From: Candidatus Poribacteria bacterium
Lineage (GTDB): Bacteria > Poribacteria > WGA-4E > WGA-3G
Reading direction: 5' to 3'
Assembly (NCBI GenBank): GCA_965242965.1
Contig: OZ251518.1
Location: 2,144,001 to 2,208,000, forward strand
DNA: 64,000 nt
Shown here one piece after another: positions 1 to 10,939 of the stretch. Both the position numbers and the translations under genes were made by a program. Below the pieces are notes generated by a model that saw only the letters and a list, made by a program, of their open reading frames with translations, was not told the DNA's origin and did no database searches. Numbering within the stretch: position 1 is the stretch's first letter; each line of letters opens with the position of its first letter.

Positions 1-1453
1 GCAGCGCGCGCGCCTTGTTCTGCGTCTCATGATACTCGTTTTCGGGAACGGAATCCGCGACGACACCGCCGCCCGCCTGCACATAAGCAACGCCGTCTTT
101 GATGACAGCCGTTCGGATAGTAATCGCCGTGTCCGCGCTGCCCGAAAAACTGAAGTAACCGACTGCGCCGCCGTAGGGTCCTCGCCGCGTCGGTTCTAAT
201 TCGTCAATGATTTCCATGGCGCGGATTTTCGGCGCGCCAGAGAGTGTCCCCGCCGGTAAGCACGAACGGATGACATCAAACGCCGACAGGTCTTCGCGCA
301 GCTTGCCGATGACATGCGAGACAATGTGCATCACGTGCGAGAAGCGTTCAACTATCATCAGATCCGTGACTTCCACCGTGTGATAGTTACACACCCGCCC
401 GAGGTCATTTCTACCCAGGTCAACGAGCATGACATGTTCGGCGCGTTCCTTCGGGTCCGCGAGGAGTTTCTGTTCTAATTCCCGGTCTTCCTCGGCGGTT
501 TTGCCGCGCGGGAGAGTGCCGGCAATCGGGCGCGTCTGGACAAGTCCGTCCTCCACCCGCACCATCATCTCCGGCGATGCGCCGACAATATCAAAATCGC
601 CAAACTTCAAATAATACATATAGGGCGACGGGTTGACAACGCGCAATGCCCGATAGACATCAAACCCATCAACGGAGACAGGACAACTAAATCGCTGTGA
701 AGGCACAACTTGGATGATGTCGCCCGCGGCGATGTATTCTTTGGCGCGCCGTACTGCTTCTTCATAAGTCGGCTGCGTAAAATTCGATTCAATGCGCCGG
801 TTGTGAGAGCCCTGCCCTCGTCCTATGGGCTTCGGTTCGTTTGCGAGGGGAGCGGCTTTGAGTTTTTCAACAATCGCGCCAATCCGTTCGATCGCCGTGG
901 CGTAGGCGGCATCTATATCGCCATCGATGCGCGCGTTCGCCACAACCTTAATCTGATGGTTCACGTGATCGAACACCAGCAAGGTTTCGGCAAGCATGAA
1001 AAAACAGTCGGGCAGCGCGAGTTCGTCTTCTGTCTCATCGGGGAGTTCTTCGACGAAGCGCACCATGTCGTAACTCAGATAGCCTACCGCGCCGCCGTGG
1101 AATTGCGGTAACCCGTCTACCTGCACCGGGCGGTAGCGATGCATCACGTCTTCCAATGCTTGCAACGGGTCCTCGCATGTCAGCGTGGTCTTCTCGCCTT
1201 TTGCGAGATAATCAAGCGTCACCTGATGCCCTTTGCTATGGAAAAGCAGGGATGGCTGACTTCCCAAAAAGGAGTAGCGCGCGAGGGTTTCGCCGCCCTC
1301 AACGCTCTCCAAGAGGAACGCGAAATTATCGGGCATTAATTTGTAAAAAGCGGACACCGGTGTCTCCATATCAGCCAAAATGGGGCGATATACCGGGACC
1401 GTGTTTCCGAATTTCGCCTTCTCGCGAAATTCTTCCAAGGTCGGATAATACAT
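1..1453 (-). CDS. trpE: Anthranilate synthase component I (3' end beyond window edge)
   Basis: Not in ORF track. Manual translation from ATG 1453 gives [36 protein letters not shown]; later [39 protein letters not shown] motifs. Confidence 0.93.
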   Translation of the reverse strand, partial: MYYPTLEEFREKAKFGNTVPVYRPILADMETPVSAFYKLMPDNFAFLLESVEGGETLARYSFLGSQPSLLFHSKGHQVTLDYLAKGEKTTLTCEDPLQALEDVMHRYRPVQVDGLPQFHGGAVGYLSYDMVRFVEELPDETEDELALPDCFFMLAETLLVFDHVNHQIKVVANARIDGDIDAAYATAIERIGAIVEKLKAAPLANEPKPIGRGQGSHNRRIESNFTQPTYEEAVRRAKEYIAAGDIIQVVPSQRFSCPVSVDGFDVYRALRVVNPSPYMYYLKFGDFDIVGASPEMMVRVEDGLVQTRPIAGTLPRGKTAEEDRELEQKLLADPKERAEHVMLVDLGRNDLGRVCNYHTVEVTDLMIVERFSHVMHIVSHVIGKLREDLSAFDVIRSCLPAGTLSGAPKIRAMEIIDELEPTRRGPYGGAVGYFSFSGSADTAITIRTAVIKDGVAYVQAGGGVVADSVPENEYHETQNKARAL

Positions 1454-1627
1454 GTTTTTGTTGTTCCTAGCGGTAGTTTGACAGTTTCTGAGGTTTTAAC
1501 GTTTTTTCCCCAGGTCGCATTGACGTTGTCAATGCTTACGTTACTGCAACTATCGCTTATTATTGAAAGGGCGGATGTCTCTATCTGCCTTGAGGCGCGC
1601 TTTGAAAGCGCGCCTACTAATCCTGCC

Positions 1628-2008
1628 CTAATACACTGATTCTGCGTCAAAAACCTTCTCGCCTACCACACGCGTGGATTCGCCATCGGGGGAGACTTCC
1701 CGAAAGAAGCAGGAGCGATAGCCGGCGTGGCACGCTGCGACTTTCTGCTCAACCTTGATAAGCAGGGCATCGCCATCGCAATCAACAGCGATAGATTTGA
1801 CGTGCTGCGTATGCCCGGAAGTCTCCCCCTTTATCCAGAGTTTCTGGCGGGAGCGGCTCCAGAAGCAGACGCGGCCCGTGTTGAAGGTCGCGGTGATTGC
1901 CTCAGCGTTCATATATCCGAGCATCAACACTTGGTTATTTGTTTCGTCCTGAATGATGGCCGCGACGAGTCCATCGCGGTCGAATTTGATTTCTGATAAG
2001 ATTTGCAT
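1628..2008 (-). CDS. hisI: Phosphoribosyl-AMP cyclohydrolase
   Basis: [35 protein letters not shown] motifs; start trimmed to MQILSE. Confidence 0.95.
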   Translation of the reverse strand: MQILSEIKFDRDGLVAAIIQDETNNQVLMLGYMNAEAITATFNTGRVCFWSRSRQKLWIKGETSGHTQHVKSIAVDCDGDALLIKVEQKVAACHAGYRSCFFREVSPDGESTRVVGEKVFDAESVY

Positions 2009-2056
2009 TTTTTTATTTCCGCGCTTAATATTGCGCGGCCTGTAGAGTAATGATAG

Positions 2057-2372
2057 CATGGCGAGGGACAAGCCCCTGCCCTACGGTGAGGAACAGCATT
2101 CTTTTTCGTAGCGCGGGGGCCTGTCCCCCGCGATCGTGGCACGGCGAGGGACAGGCCCTCGCCCTACGATAGGGACGGCTTTTTTCCTCGTAGCGCGGGG
2201 GGCCTGTCCCCTGCGATCGTGGCCCTACGGTGAGGGACGGCATTTTTTTCGTAGCGCGGGGGCCTGTCCCCCGCGATCGTGGCATGGCGAGGGACAGGCC
2301 CTCGCCCTACGGTGAGTGACGGCATTTTTTTTCGTAGCGCGGGGGCCTGTCCCCCGCGATCGTGGCCTACGG
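2057..2372. repeat. REP array of alternating GTAGGGCGAGGG-CCTGT-CCCTCGCC and GTAGCGCGGGGG-CCTGT-CCCCCGCG hairpins
   Basis: Repeated GTAG+hairpin units in alternating orientation. Confidence 0.9.
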
Positions 2373-2392
2373 GAGGAACAGCATTCTTCCAC

Positions 2393-3487
2393 TTAACGAC
2401 ACGCCAGCAATTTTACACAGACAGGCATCGGCACTTCGGTGACGTGTCCCGTCGCGTTGAGCGCGCCGGTTTCGGTATCAATCGCAAACGTGACAATCGT
2501 ATCCGTTTGTTGATTCGCGGCGAAGAGGAACGTGCCTTCCGGATTCAAACCGAAATTGCGCGGCGTTTTCCCCTGCGTCGATTCATAACCGATAGAGGTG
2601 AGCAATCCGGTCTCCTCGTCGATTCCGCAGATGGCGATGCTATCGTGTCCACGGTTCGAGCCGTAGAGGAATTTCCCGTTGGGATGCACATGCACATCGG
2701 CGCAGTGACTCGTCCCATCAAAATCCGCTGGCAGCGTGGAGAGCGTCTGAAACTCGGTCAGCGTGCCAGCCTCACCGTCGTAGGCAAACGCCGTGAAGGT
2801 AGAGTCTAACTCGTTGATTACATAGGCGAATTTGCCGTTCGGATGGAAATCGAAGTGGCGCGGTCCTGCGCCCGGATGCACGCGCACCCACGGTTGCGCA
2901 TTCGGCGTTAACGTGCCGTTTTCGGCATCAAGGCGATAAATCAAGATTTTATCCAGCCCGAGGTCTGGCGAAAAGGCGTAACGGTTGCCCGGGTCGATCA
3001 TAATCGCGTGCGCGTGCGGCTCCATCTGCCGCTGCGGATTGATGCTGGAACCTTGATGCTGAACGAAATCGGATGCCTCACCAAGTCTGCCATCGGATTC
3101 TATCGGAAAAGCGACAACGCTGCCGCCACCGTAATTCGCGATAAGCAGGAATTTCCCGGTTGCATCGACGCTCAGGTGACACGGCGCGCCGCCTCCGGTC
3201 GCGCGTTTATTGAGGAAACTAATCTCCCCGGTGTCCTGATGGATGTAAAACGCCGTGACGGAACCGCTCGGCTTGCCTTCGTATTCGTTGAGTTCGTTGA
3301 CAGCGTAGAGATACTTGCCGCTTGGGTGAATCTCCACGAACGAGGGATGTTCAACGCCGCTCGCCTTGCTGGAATACTCCAACGCGCCTGTCGCGCCATC
3401 AAGGCGATAGACGTAGATGCCCTCGCTGTCGCTGTGTGTATAAGTGCCAACATAAACGAAATAGTCTTGACTCGTTTGTTGCGCCAT
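2393..3487 (-). CDS. pgl: 6-phosphogluconolactonase / lactonase family beta-propeller
   Basis: YVGTYT, ANYGGG, PHAH, GAGPRH, SNRGHDSI, PRNF motifs. Confidence 0.88.
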   Translation of the reverse strand: MAQQTSQDYFVYVGTYTHSDSEGIYVYRLDGATGALEYSSKASGVEHPSFVEIHPSGKYLYAVNELNEYEGKPSGSVTAFYIHQDTGEISFLNKRATGGGAPCHLSVDATGKFLLIANYGGGSVVAFPIESDGRLGEASDFVQHQGSSINPQRQMEPHAHAIMIDPGNRYAFSPDLGLDKILIYRLDAENGTLTPNAQPWVRVHPGAGPRHFDFHPNGKFAYVINELDSTFTAFAYDGEAGTLTEFQTLSTLPADFDGTSHCADVHVHPNGKFLYGSNRGHDSIAICGIDEETGLLTSIGYESTQGKTPRNFGLNPEGTFLFAANQQTDTIVTFAIDTETGALNATGHVTEVPMPVCVKLLACR

Positions 3488-3633
3488 CTTTCATCTCCTT
3501 TTTCTGTATTTCGCATGCTTCGGGATATGACAATTCTTCTGTGCTTAGTGCAGCCTACCTGTAATTTAAGGATACCATAAAATTTGTGGAATGTCAAGGG
3601 AAGATTCGGATTCCAAAAACGCATAAAAACGCG

Positions 3634-3697
3634 TCCCCAATACCGTCCCTAACACCATTCCCAACACCATCTCCCATACCGTCCCCAACACCACCCC
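3634..3697. repeat. Degenerate 12-bp tandem repeat (CCCAACACCATC-like, about 5 copies)
   Basis: cccaataccgtc cctaacaccatt cccaacaccatc ... read directly. Confidence 0.6.
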
Positions 3698-3703
3698 TCA
3701 CAC

Positions 3704-4105
3704 CGTAGGGCGAGGGCCTGTCCCTCGCCAGGCACCGGTCTGAGCCGCAAACATCCGGAGTCTCTGGGCTGCGGGCGTTTTCCGTTTCGGTTGCGAGATC
3801 GCGGGGGACAGGCCCCCGCGCTACGGGTATCAAGGCGGTTTCCCCTTCACCGAAGGGCGAGGGCCTGTCCCTCGCCAGGCACCGGGCTGAGCCGCAAACA
3901 TCCGTGGGCTCTGGGCTGCGGGCGTTTTCCGTTTCGGTCGAGCGATCGCGGGGGACAGGCCCCCGCGCTACGGGTGTCAAGGCCGTTTCCCCTTCACCGA
4001 AGGGCGAGGGCCTGTCCCTCGCCATGCCTCGGAATTACAGGGGGCCTGTCCGGCAATCGTTCCCTTTCCTGATATGAACATCAAGACCGGGAGAACTCGC
4101 CTACG
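3704..4105. repeat. REP array with an internally duplicated unit of about 145 bp
   Basis: GTAG hairpins plus duplicated ctgggctgcgggcgttttccgtttcgg spacer. Confidence 0.88.
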
Positions 4106-4121
4106 GACAGCCGGTGGTTTT

Positions 4122-5729
4122 TTATACGACATCAACCGTAATCGCGCGCTCAGCACTCTCCTGATAACCGATCCGAACCGCCTTCGCGCGGACCGCCGTT
4201 TGCCCTTTCGGGATACGCAGCGGTTCTGTGTATAACCGCCAACGCGCATCGTCCCCTGAATCTGTCGTCCAAGCGATAGACGCACCGTGCGTAGCACAGT
4301 GAAGTTGCAGAAGCAACGGTGCCTCCCATTGTCCACCCGATTCGGAGACTTCGGTGCCAGGGTTCGCCGCACTGATTGGAATGAAAATCGGTGCCGCGGT
4401 TTTCGGTTGTTCGCCGTTCGGGTACCACCTCGCGAGCATCTGTTCTTCAGGGATGTCTCCCATGTCGCCGAAATCGGATTGCCATTGCGCCAGCGCGCCG
4501 CGCATCCGTTCCAGCACATCAACGTGCGCCGCATCCGATGCCAAGTTGTTGAGTTCATACCGGTCGTTCGCAACATCGTAGAGCTCCTCAGCCGGGCGCG
4601 GATATTGGAACATCACCGCCGCATCGCCTTCTAATTCTCCCGCCGCATGGAGCCGCCACATCTCCTGCATGATAGGATGCCGATTGCGATACGGAATCCA
4701 GAGCAGATACGGCTTTTCGGGGTAATAATTCCTGATGTATTTATACCGTTTATCGCGCACGGCGCGCACCATGTCGTAAGACTCATCATACCGGTCGCGG
4801 GTGGCGAAGATATACTCCCGTTCCCTCGCGTGCAGACCCAGGAAGGGTTGTCCCTGCAGATGTTGCGGTGCCTCCACGCCACACAACGATAACACCGTCG
4901 GACCCAGGTCGATGAGACTCACCAATTGTTCCCTGACGCTGTCCGGCGGCAATTCACCGGGCCAGCGCACAATCAGCGGAATCCGAATGCCGGCATCATA
5001 GGGCCACCGTTTGCCGCGCGGGAGTCCCTCACCGTGGTCACTCCAGAGAAAGACGATGGTATTCTCGGCGAGGTCATCTTCTTCCAACTGAGCCAAGAGT
5101 TCCCCGACGCGCGCATCGGCGGTGGCGAGGTTATCGTAGTGGCGCGCCAATGCCTCACGCGATTTCGGTGTATCCGGCAGATAAGGCGGCAATTGCACGT
5201 CGTCAGGATTTGTCGTCAACGGACGGCCGTTTTCGCGCTCCCACATCCCACTTTCGTGCGTGACGGTAGGGTTGAAAACCGAAAAGAACGGCTGTCCCTC
5301 TTCCCGATTCCGCCAATGCCCGGTGTTGCTACAGTCATCCCATGCTGTGCTTGGCGGCGTGAACTGATAATCGGTCTTGCTATTGTTCGTGCAATAATAG
5401 CCTGCGCCGCGGAGATATTCCGTGAACGTCTTGACATAAGGCGGCGGCACAGCGGAATACGGTGTCGGCATGTCGGGCGTATGCTGGTTCGTGTGCGCTG
5501 TCCGCATGTGATGCGTGCCGATGGAGGTCTGGTACATACCGGTGATAATCGCCGAGCGGCTGGGCGCGCAGACACCGGCGGTGGAGAACGCGTTCGGGAA
5601 TCGGCATCCGCCTGCGGCAAGCCGGTCGATATTCGGTGTCCGCGCGACCGGGTCACCGTAGCAACCGAAGCGCGGGGTTGTATCTTCTAACGAAATCCAA
5701 AGAATGTTCGGGCGATTTGGTGTGTTCAT
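4122..5729 (-). CDS. Formylglycine-type sulfatase with C-terminal FN3/chitobiase-like domain
   Basis: PNILWI, CAPSRSAIITG, SDHG motifs; C-terminal IAWTTD...LYTEPL...VRAKAVRIGY. Confidence 0.92.
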   Translation of the reverse strand: MNTPNRPNILWISLEDTTPRFGCYGDPVARTPNIDRLAAGGCRFPNAFSTAGVCAPSRSAIITGMYQTSIGTHHMRTAHTNQHTPDMPTPYSAVPPPYVKTFTEYLRGAGYYCTNNSKTDYQFTPPSTAWDDCSNTGHWRNREEGQPFFSVFNPTVTHESGMWERENGRPLTTNPDDVQLPPYLPDTPKSREALARHYDNLATADARVGELLAQLEEDDLAENTIVFLWSDHGEGLPRGKRWPYDAGIRIPLIVRWPGELPPDSVREQLVSLIDLGPTVLSLCGVEAPQHLQGQPFLGLHAREREYIFATRDRYDESYDMVRAVRDKRYKYIRNYYPEKPYLLWIPYRNRHPIMQEMWRLHAAGELEGDAAVMFQYPRPAEELYDVANDRYELNNLASDAAHVDVLERMRGALAQWQSDFGDMGDIPEEQMLARWYPNGEQPKTAAPIFIPISAANPGTEVSESGGQWEAPLLLQLHCATHGASIAWTTDSGDDARWRLYTEPLRIPKGQTAVRAKAVRIGYQESAERAITVDVV

Positions 5730-5881
5730 GGGTGCTTCCTGTTAAACATTTATGATAGTATACCCGAATTTCAAAGGAATGTCAATTTTTCTTCCAACCT
5801 AAAGTTTTGAAAAGGAAATTTACATTCCGCGCCGGCGGTTTTTTGTTTCCACTTGACAACTAACCCCACCTCACATAAAAT

Positions 5882-6259
5882 GAGGGTAGGAGAGACTTCC
5901 TGGTCTCGATGCAATACCGTAGGAGAGACCTCCTGGTCTCGATTTCCGTAAGGCGAGGGCCTGTCCCTCGCCATCGTTCGCGCGCGTAAGGATCGCGGGG
6001 GACAGGCCCCCGCGCTACGGTAACGGGACATCTTCTTTACAGAACGGCACCCCCTCTCACCGTAGGGCGAGGGCCTGTCCCTCGCCATGTCTCGGCACCC
6101 CGAACGATCGCGGGGGACAGGCCCCCGCGCTACGGTGAAAAATACGCCGCCCCTTTACGTAGGGCGAGGGCCTGTCCCTCGCCGCCGGATCTTGACCCGT
6201 TCGGGATTAGGCGAGCCCGAACTACAGAGGTGGGCCCGATGCTTTTATGAAACACTCTC
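5882..6259. mobile_element. MITE-like element carrying REPs; 9-bp target duplication ACATAAAAT
   Basis: ACATAAAAT at 5873-5881 and 6260-6268 flanks GAGGGT...TTATGAAACACTCTC; left end truncated into a GTAG REP. Confidence 0.75.
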
Positions 6260-6297
6260 ACATAAAATATCAACTGCAACACATCAGGAGAAACAGA

Positions 6298-7257
6298 ATG
6301 CCAACCCTTACCGCCGCACAACTTACCCAAATTTGCCGGAACGTCTTCAGGAAATGGGACGTGTCAGCGGCAGAAGCCGAGATCGTTACCCAATCCATGG
6401 TGGACGCAAACCGCGTCGGACACGATTCACACGGTGTTATCCATCTGCCGAAATATGTGCGAGAATTGGAAGCCGGACTCATTCAACCGGGGGCACCGAT
6501 TGAAATTGTGCAAGAATCCGCTTCAATCGCCGTGCTAGACGGGCATTGGGGATTCGGGCCTGTCATTGCGACGCGCGCCGTTGAAATCGCAATTCAGAAA
6601 GCGAAGCAAACGGATGTCAGCACCGTCGCGGTCTCGCGATGCAATGAGGTAGGTAGGTTAGGCGGATACGCCAGTCTTGCTGCGGATGCCGGGATGATCG
6701 GAGTGTTGATGGCGAATGACCACGGTGGCGGCACCTGCGTCGCACCGCACGGCGGCACCGAAGGCAGACTTTCTACTAATCCCATCGCCTGCGCTGTGCC
6801 GATTTGCGGTAAACAGCCGATTGTGCTGGATATGGCTACCAGCGTTGTCGCCTCTGGAAAGATGCGTCTCAAACAGCATCAAGGCGAGGCACTGCCGCCT
6901 GAATGGCGCGTGAATGCGGACAGCGAGGTTCTCGTGCCGTTCGGGGGTTACAAAGGTTTCGGGCTTAGCGTGATTGTGGACATTCTGGCGGGCGCGCTGA
7001 CAGGGGCAGGGTGCAGCCGCAGTGAAGCCGCACGCGTCGGCAATGGGTTGTTTGTCATGGTGCTCAACATCGCCAGTTTTCGCGGTTTTCCCGGCTTCAG
7101 TGCGGAAATAGAACGGTTTATTGCGTATCTCAAATCGGAAAAGTGCGCGGATATTCGGGTGCCGGGTGAACGTGGGTTTCAAGAACAGCGCAAACGGGAA
7201 CGGATGGGAATTCCGATAGACGCGGAAACGTGGCGGCAGATTCAGGAATTACGGTAA
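6298..7257 (+). CDS. Ldh_2 family (malate/L-lactate/ureidoglycolate-type) oxidoreductase
   Basis: GHDSHG, LDGHWGFG, STNPIA, LDMATS, GGYKGFGL, RVPGE motifs; AGGAG SD before ATG 6298. Confidence 0.9.
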   Translation: MPTLTAAQLTQICRNVFRKWDVSAAEAEIVTQSMVDANRVGHDSHGVIHLPKYVRELEAGLIQPGAPIEIVQESASIAVLDGHWGFGPVIATRAVEIAIQKAKQTDVSTVAVSRCNEVGRLGGYASLAADAGMIGVLMANDHGGGTCVAPHGGTEGRLSTNPIACAVPICGKQPIVLDMATSVVASGKMRLKQHQGEALPPEWRVNADSEVLVPFGGYKGFGLSVIVDILAGALTGAGCSRSEAARVGNGLFVMVLNIASFRGFPGFSAEIERFIAYLKSEKCADIRVPGERGFQEQRKRERMGIPIDAETWRQIQELR

Positions 7258-7276
7258 AAAAAACGCCGTCCCTTTA

Positions 7277-7440
7277 CGTAGGGCGAGGGCCTGTCCCTCG
7301 CCATTGTCCGCGTATTCCAACGAGCGCGGGGGACAGGCCCCCGCGCTCGGTAGTTCCGTCATCATCGTAGGGCGAGGGCCTGTCCCTCGCCATGCCGCGC
7401 TAAGCGGAAGATCACGGGGGACAGGCCCCCGCGCTACGGT
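7277..7440. repeat. REP array
   Basis: Two inverted pairs of GTAG hairpins. Confidence 0.88.
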
Positions 7441-7467
7441 AAGCGAGACGCGTGTGGGTGCGGCGGC

Positions 7468-8376
7468 TTAACTTTGCCCGGCCGCACCGTTCCCCGCGCC
7501 ATCGCTGGTGGCATCCAAAACCTTTTGGAAGTCGGCCACGGAATCGGCCAGGGCCGCCGCCTCAAATAACGCCTCCAGTCGTTGCGCGTTTTCAATCAAG
7601 GCCAACGCTGGCTTAAACGCACCCGCAACATCCGGCTGCAAACGCAATTCAAGCAACCTCAGGATGTCCTCGCGGCGTGTATCCCTGATGGCATGCCCCG
7701 CTAAGTGTTCAACAATCGGTGCTACGTCCATCGTTATCCTCCTTATCATCTCTAAAATCGTCGCAGTGTCGTAAATCGCACTGGCCAATGTCGCCAAGCT
7801 CCCTAACAAGTCCAACTTGTGCGGCACAGACAGCCCATCAACGGTTTCAATGCATCGCTGAAGCCACGCATCAGCAGAGACATCCGCCGCCGGCCGCATC
7901 AACGGCGTGAACGGCAACAAACCGGGCAGCTGCGCATCCAGAATCGCCTGCCCTTCCAAATCGGCCAAGCGGATAACTTCGTATTCTATCAACACCTGAT
8001 GCCCGACAATCTCCTGAGCAAAGAAACCCACATCCTGCACACCGGCATCCGGCCGAAGATAAATCACATGCGAATACACATCCATCCGATACTTTTCTAT
8101 CAACCGGATGATATACCCCGCCATTCGCAGGGCCATCGGCGGATCGAAACTATCTGTCGTCTGAATCTCAAAATGCACCAACACATCTGTCCCGCGCAGG
8201 TTGACTTTGATGAGCACATCCGCTTGGCGCATATCCACGGCGGGAAGTTCCGGGGTGATGAGTTCTACATCGGAGAACTCATCGGGGCGAATGCCTCGTA
8301 GGTTGAAGGCGAAGGCCACGAAGTCGCGTGGATGCTGCTGCATGACGCGTTTCGAGGCACTGTCAAAAGATACCAT
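7468..8376 (-). CDS. Rpn/YhgA-like PD-(D/E)xK recombination-promoting nuclease / putative transposase
   Basis: FDSASK...P.DF, ADVLI, HFEIQT, M.LRM..Y, VIYL, GLLPFTPLM motifs; AAGGAGG SD. Confidence 0.75.
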   Translation of the reverse strand: MVSFDSASKRVMQQHPRDFVAFAFNLRGIRPDEFSDVELITPELPAVDMRQADVLIKVNLRGTDVLVHFEIQTTDSFDPPMALRMAGYIIRLIEKYRMDVYSHVIYLRPDAGVQDVGFFAQEIVGHQVLIEYEVIRLADLEGQAILDAQLPGLLPFTPLMRPAADVSADAWLQRCIETVDGLSVPHKLDLLGSLATLASAIYDTATILEMIRRITMDVAPIVEHLAGHAIRDTRREDILRLLELRLQPDVAGAFKPALALIENAQRLEALFEAAALADSVADFQKVLDATSDGAGNGAAGQS

Positions 8377-8392
8377 AAACCCTCCTTGAAAA

Positions 8393-8682
8393 ATAGGGCG
8401 AGGGCCTGTCCCTCGCCACGCTGCGTTAATCGGAAGATCGCGGGGGACAGGCCCCCGCGCTACGGTGCAAAAAAACGCCGTCCCCTTCACGTAGGGCGAG
8501 GGCCTATTACCCCTGTAGGTCAGGATCGCCTGATCCTGACCCGTTCGGGAGCGGGCGCTCCCGAACTACAGAGGTGGCCCCGATGCCTGCCGGTAGGAGG
8601 GACATCCTTGTCCCGATAACCACATCAGCAAAACGCATCGAGACCAGGAGGTCTCTCCTACACGGATTTATGAAACACCCTC
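8393..8682. repeat. Mixed REP array ending in a MITE terminal repeat (ATTTATGAAACACCCTC)
   Basis: Several hairpin families in series. Confidence 0.85.
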
Positions 8683-8698
8683 AGATTAATAGCAGCGG

Positions 8699-9781
8699 CT
8701 AAATAGCGGTTAACGACTCTCCTGTCTCCGGATGAAACAGATGCGCTTTGTCCATGTTGAAATGGACATTCAGCCGCGCATCGTGCTTCGGCACAGTGAC
8801 ACCATCGGATTGCACAATAAAATGGCTATCCCCCGCACGGAGATAGAGGAGGACATGGTTACCCAGCGGCTCCACTAACTCCACCTGCGTTGTCACAACA
8901 TTCTTCGATGCGTCGCCGACCTGGATGTCCTCGGGCCGGATACCGAGCGTCACCGAATCATCTGAAAAATCTTGCAACTTTTCGCGAAGCCGGGGAGTCA
9001 ACTGCACTTCAAACCCTTCAAATTGGAGCGTTTCGCGGTGCATGCGCGTCTCAATGAAATTCATCGGCGGTGTGCCGATAAAGCCGCCCACAAACTGGTT
9101 CGCCGGGTTATGATACAGCGTGCCCGGGTCGGCAATCTGCTGGATTTTCCCCTCGTTGAGGACAACAATCTGGTCCCCCATCGTCATCGCTTCAACCTGG
9201 TCATGCGTGACATAAACGATGGTGGCGTTGAGTCTGTCGTGCAGTCGGCTAATCTCCATCCGCATTTGCACGCGCAGTTTCGCATCGAGGTTACTCAGCG
9301 GTTCATCGAATAGAAACACCTTTGGATGTCGGACTATCGCGCGGCCGACAGCGACGCGCTGCCGTTCGCCGCCGGAGAGATGCTTCGGCTTCCGTGCTAA
9401 CAGATGCGAGATGCTCAGGATATCCGCCGCCTCGCGCACTCGCTGTTCAATCTCCGCTTTCGGATACTTGCGCAGTTTCAACCCGAACGCCATGTTTTTA
9501 TACACCGTCATGTGCGGATAGAGCGCGTAATTCTGGAAGACCATGGCGATATCCCTATCCTTCGGCGGCATGTCGTTGATGCGCTCGCCATCAATATAAA
9601 TGTCGCCTGCGGTTATCTCTTCCAGCCCGGCGATCATCCGCAAAATCGTCGATTTGCCGCAGCCTGACGGGCCGACAAGCACGGTGAAGCACTCATCAGG
9701 AATTTGAAAATCTGCTTGTTCAACGGCGAGGACATCGCCATCGTAAATTTTGGTGACATCCTTTAAGGTGACGTGTGCCAT
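8699..9781 (-). CDS. MalK/UgpC-type sugar ABC transporter ATPase
   Basis: GPSGCGKST, VFQNYALYPHM, LSGGERQRVA, DEPLSNLDAKLR, TOBE-like C-terminus. Confidence 0.95.
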   Translation of the reverse strand: MAHVTLKDVTKIYDGDVLAVEQADFQIPDECFTVLVGPSGCGKSTILRMIAGLEEITAGDIYIDGERINDMPPKDRDIAMVFQNYALYPHMTVYKNMAFGLKLRKYPKAEIEQRVREAADILSISHLLARKPKHLSGGERQRVAVGRAIVRHPKVFLFDEPLSNLDAKLRVQMRMEISRLHDRLNATIVYVTHDQVEAMTMGDQIVVLNEGKIQQIADPGTLYHNPANQFVGGFIGTPPMNFIETRMHRETLQFEGFEVQLTPRLREKLQDFSDDSVTLGIRPEDIQVGDASKNVVTTQVELVEPLGNHVLLYLRAGDSHFIVQSDGVTVPKHDARLNVHFNMDKAHLFHPETGESLTAI

Positions 9782-9826
9782 CGTTTCTCCAAAAGTAGAT
9801 ATCAGCACGCCCTATAAAAGAGGACG

Positions 9827-10819
9827 TTATCGCGAAGCCGCTTCCTCTTTTTCCGCCGCCTGCTTCGCCGCGTTTTCTTTTACCAATTCGCCAACGGCAG
9901 TTTCAAGCGCGTGACCGCGGAGGTTCGATTTGCGGACAATGCCTTCGCCATCAATCAGGAAGGTTGTCGGAATCGCTCGGACGTTATACATGTTGGCGAT
10001 TCTGCCATCGGCATCCAAATATTGCGGCCAGGCAATCTCCTCTTGCGCTATATACGCCTCAAGCGGCGGCTTACCCCTGTCTAGACTGATGCCGATAATC
10101 TCAAAATCCTTGTCGCGGTATTTCGCATACGTTTTTTTCACGTGCGGCATTTCGGTGCGACAGGGCCCGCACCACGTCGCCCAAAAATCGAGCAGGACGA
10201 CTTGCCCCCGATAATCGGCTAACGAGAGCTTCTCGCCTTTCAGATTCTTTACCTCAAAATCCTTTGCCGGCTTTCCAACGAACGCGCTCGCCGGTGGGCC
10301 GAAAGGATTTGGCTCTTCGCCGTTTCGTTCGCTCTCGTCCAACGCAAGAATCTTCGCCGCAATCTTCGCTTGCGCGCGTGAGCCATACTTCGGATGGCTC
10401 ACCAACTTCTCATAAGACTCATCCGCCTTGTCGTGCTTGCCGAGTTTGTCGTAAGCCAGACCCAATTCCAGCAGACTGCGCTCAGTGTAGCGCGCCGACG
10501 GATAGTCCTTAACGAGTTCCTCAAAGACAGCGATGCCTTCCTCCGGCCGTTCTAAACGTATTAAGGCGTTGCCGAGGCGATAGTAAACCTCGTCCACCCG
10601 TTTGTATTTCGGGTGTGCCTTGATAAACGCTCGCGATTTTTCTACCAGGTTCTCAAATGCCGCGGGCTCGCTGTTGTGCGTGAGCTTTTTCGCAATCGCC
10701 TTGATTTCCTGATATTGGTAACCTGCCTTCACCGATGCGGCATCGGCGAAACTCACACAAAAGACTAGCAGCATCAGGCTGGCACACACGAGGATGCGCG
10801 TTCTGTTTTGGGAGAACAT
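9827..10819 (-). CDS. Exported TPR-containing TlpA/ResA-like thiol-disulfide oxidoreductase
   Basis: Signal peptide, TPR-like helices, LDFWATWCGPC, IPTTFLID. Confidence 0.88.
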   Translation of the reverse strand: MFSQNRTRILVCASLMLLVFCVSFADAASVKAGYQYQEIKAIAKKLTHNSEPAAFENLVEKSRAFIKAHPKYKRVDEVYYRLGNALIRLERPEEGIAVFEELVKDYPSARYTERSLLELGLAYDKLGKHDKADESYEKLVSHPKYGSRAQAKIAAKILALDESERNGEEPNPFGPPASAFVGKPAKDFEVKNLKGEKLSLADYRGQVVLLDFWATWCGPCRTEMPHVKKTYAKYRDKDFEIIGISLDRGKPPLEAYIAQEEIAWPQYLDADGRIANMYNVRAIPTTFLIDGEGIVRKSNLRGHALETAVGELVKENAAKQAAEKEEAASR

Positions 10820-10939
10820 GTCAGACCTCCTTGCACTGTTTTGTAGGCGGGACATCGCTGTCCCTATACCAACTCCATCGAAACCGGGAGGGCTCTCCTA
10901 CCGAAAACAGGAGGGCTCTCCGACTGAAAATCCGAAGGT

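Noticed and set aside
710-1470. Plus-strand ORFs over trpE and other antisense ORFs in the track
   Set aside because: Shadows of well-supported genes on the opposite strand in GC-rich DNA
3594-4025. ORFs with recurring ARDRPSPYG / RGTGPRAT / VGRGPVPR peptides throughout the window
   Set aside because: These are translations of REP arrays; they also create false N-terminal extensions on mutL, the Rpn-like gene and the 60917 methyltransferase
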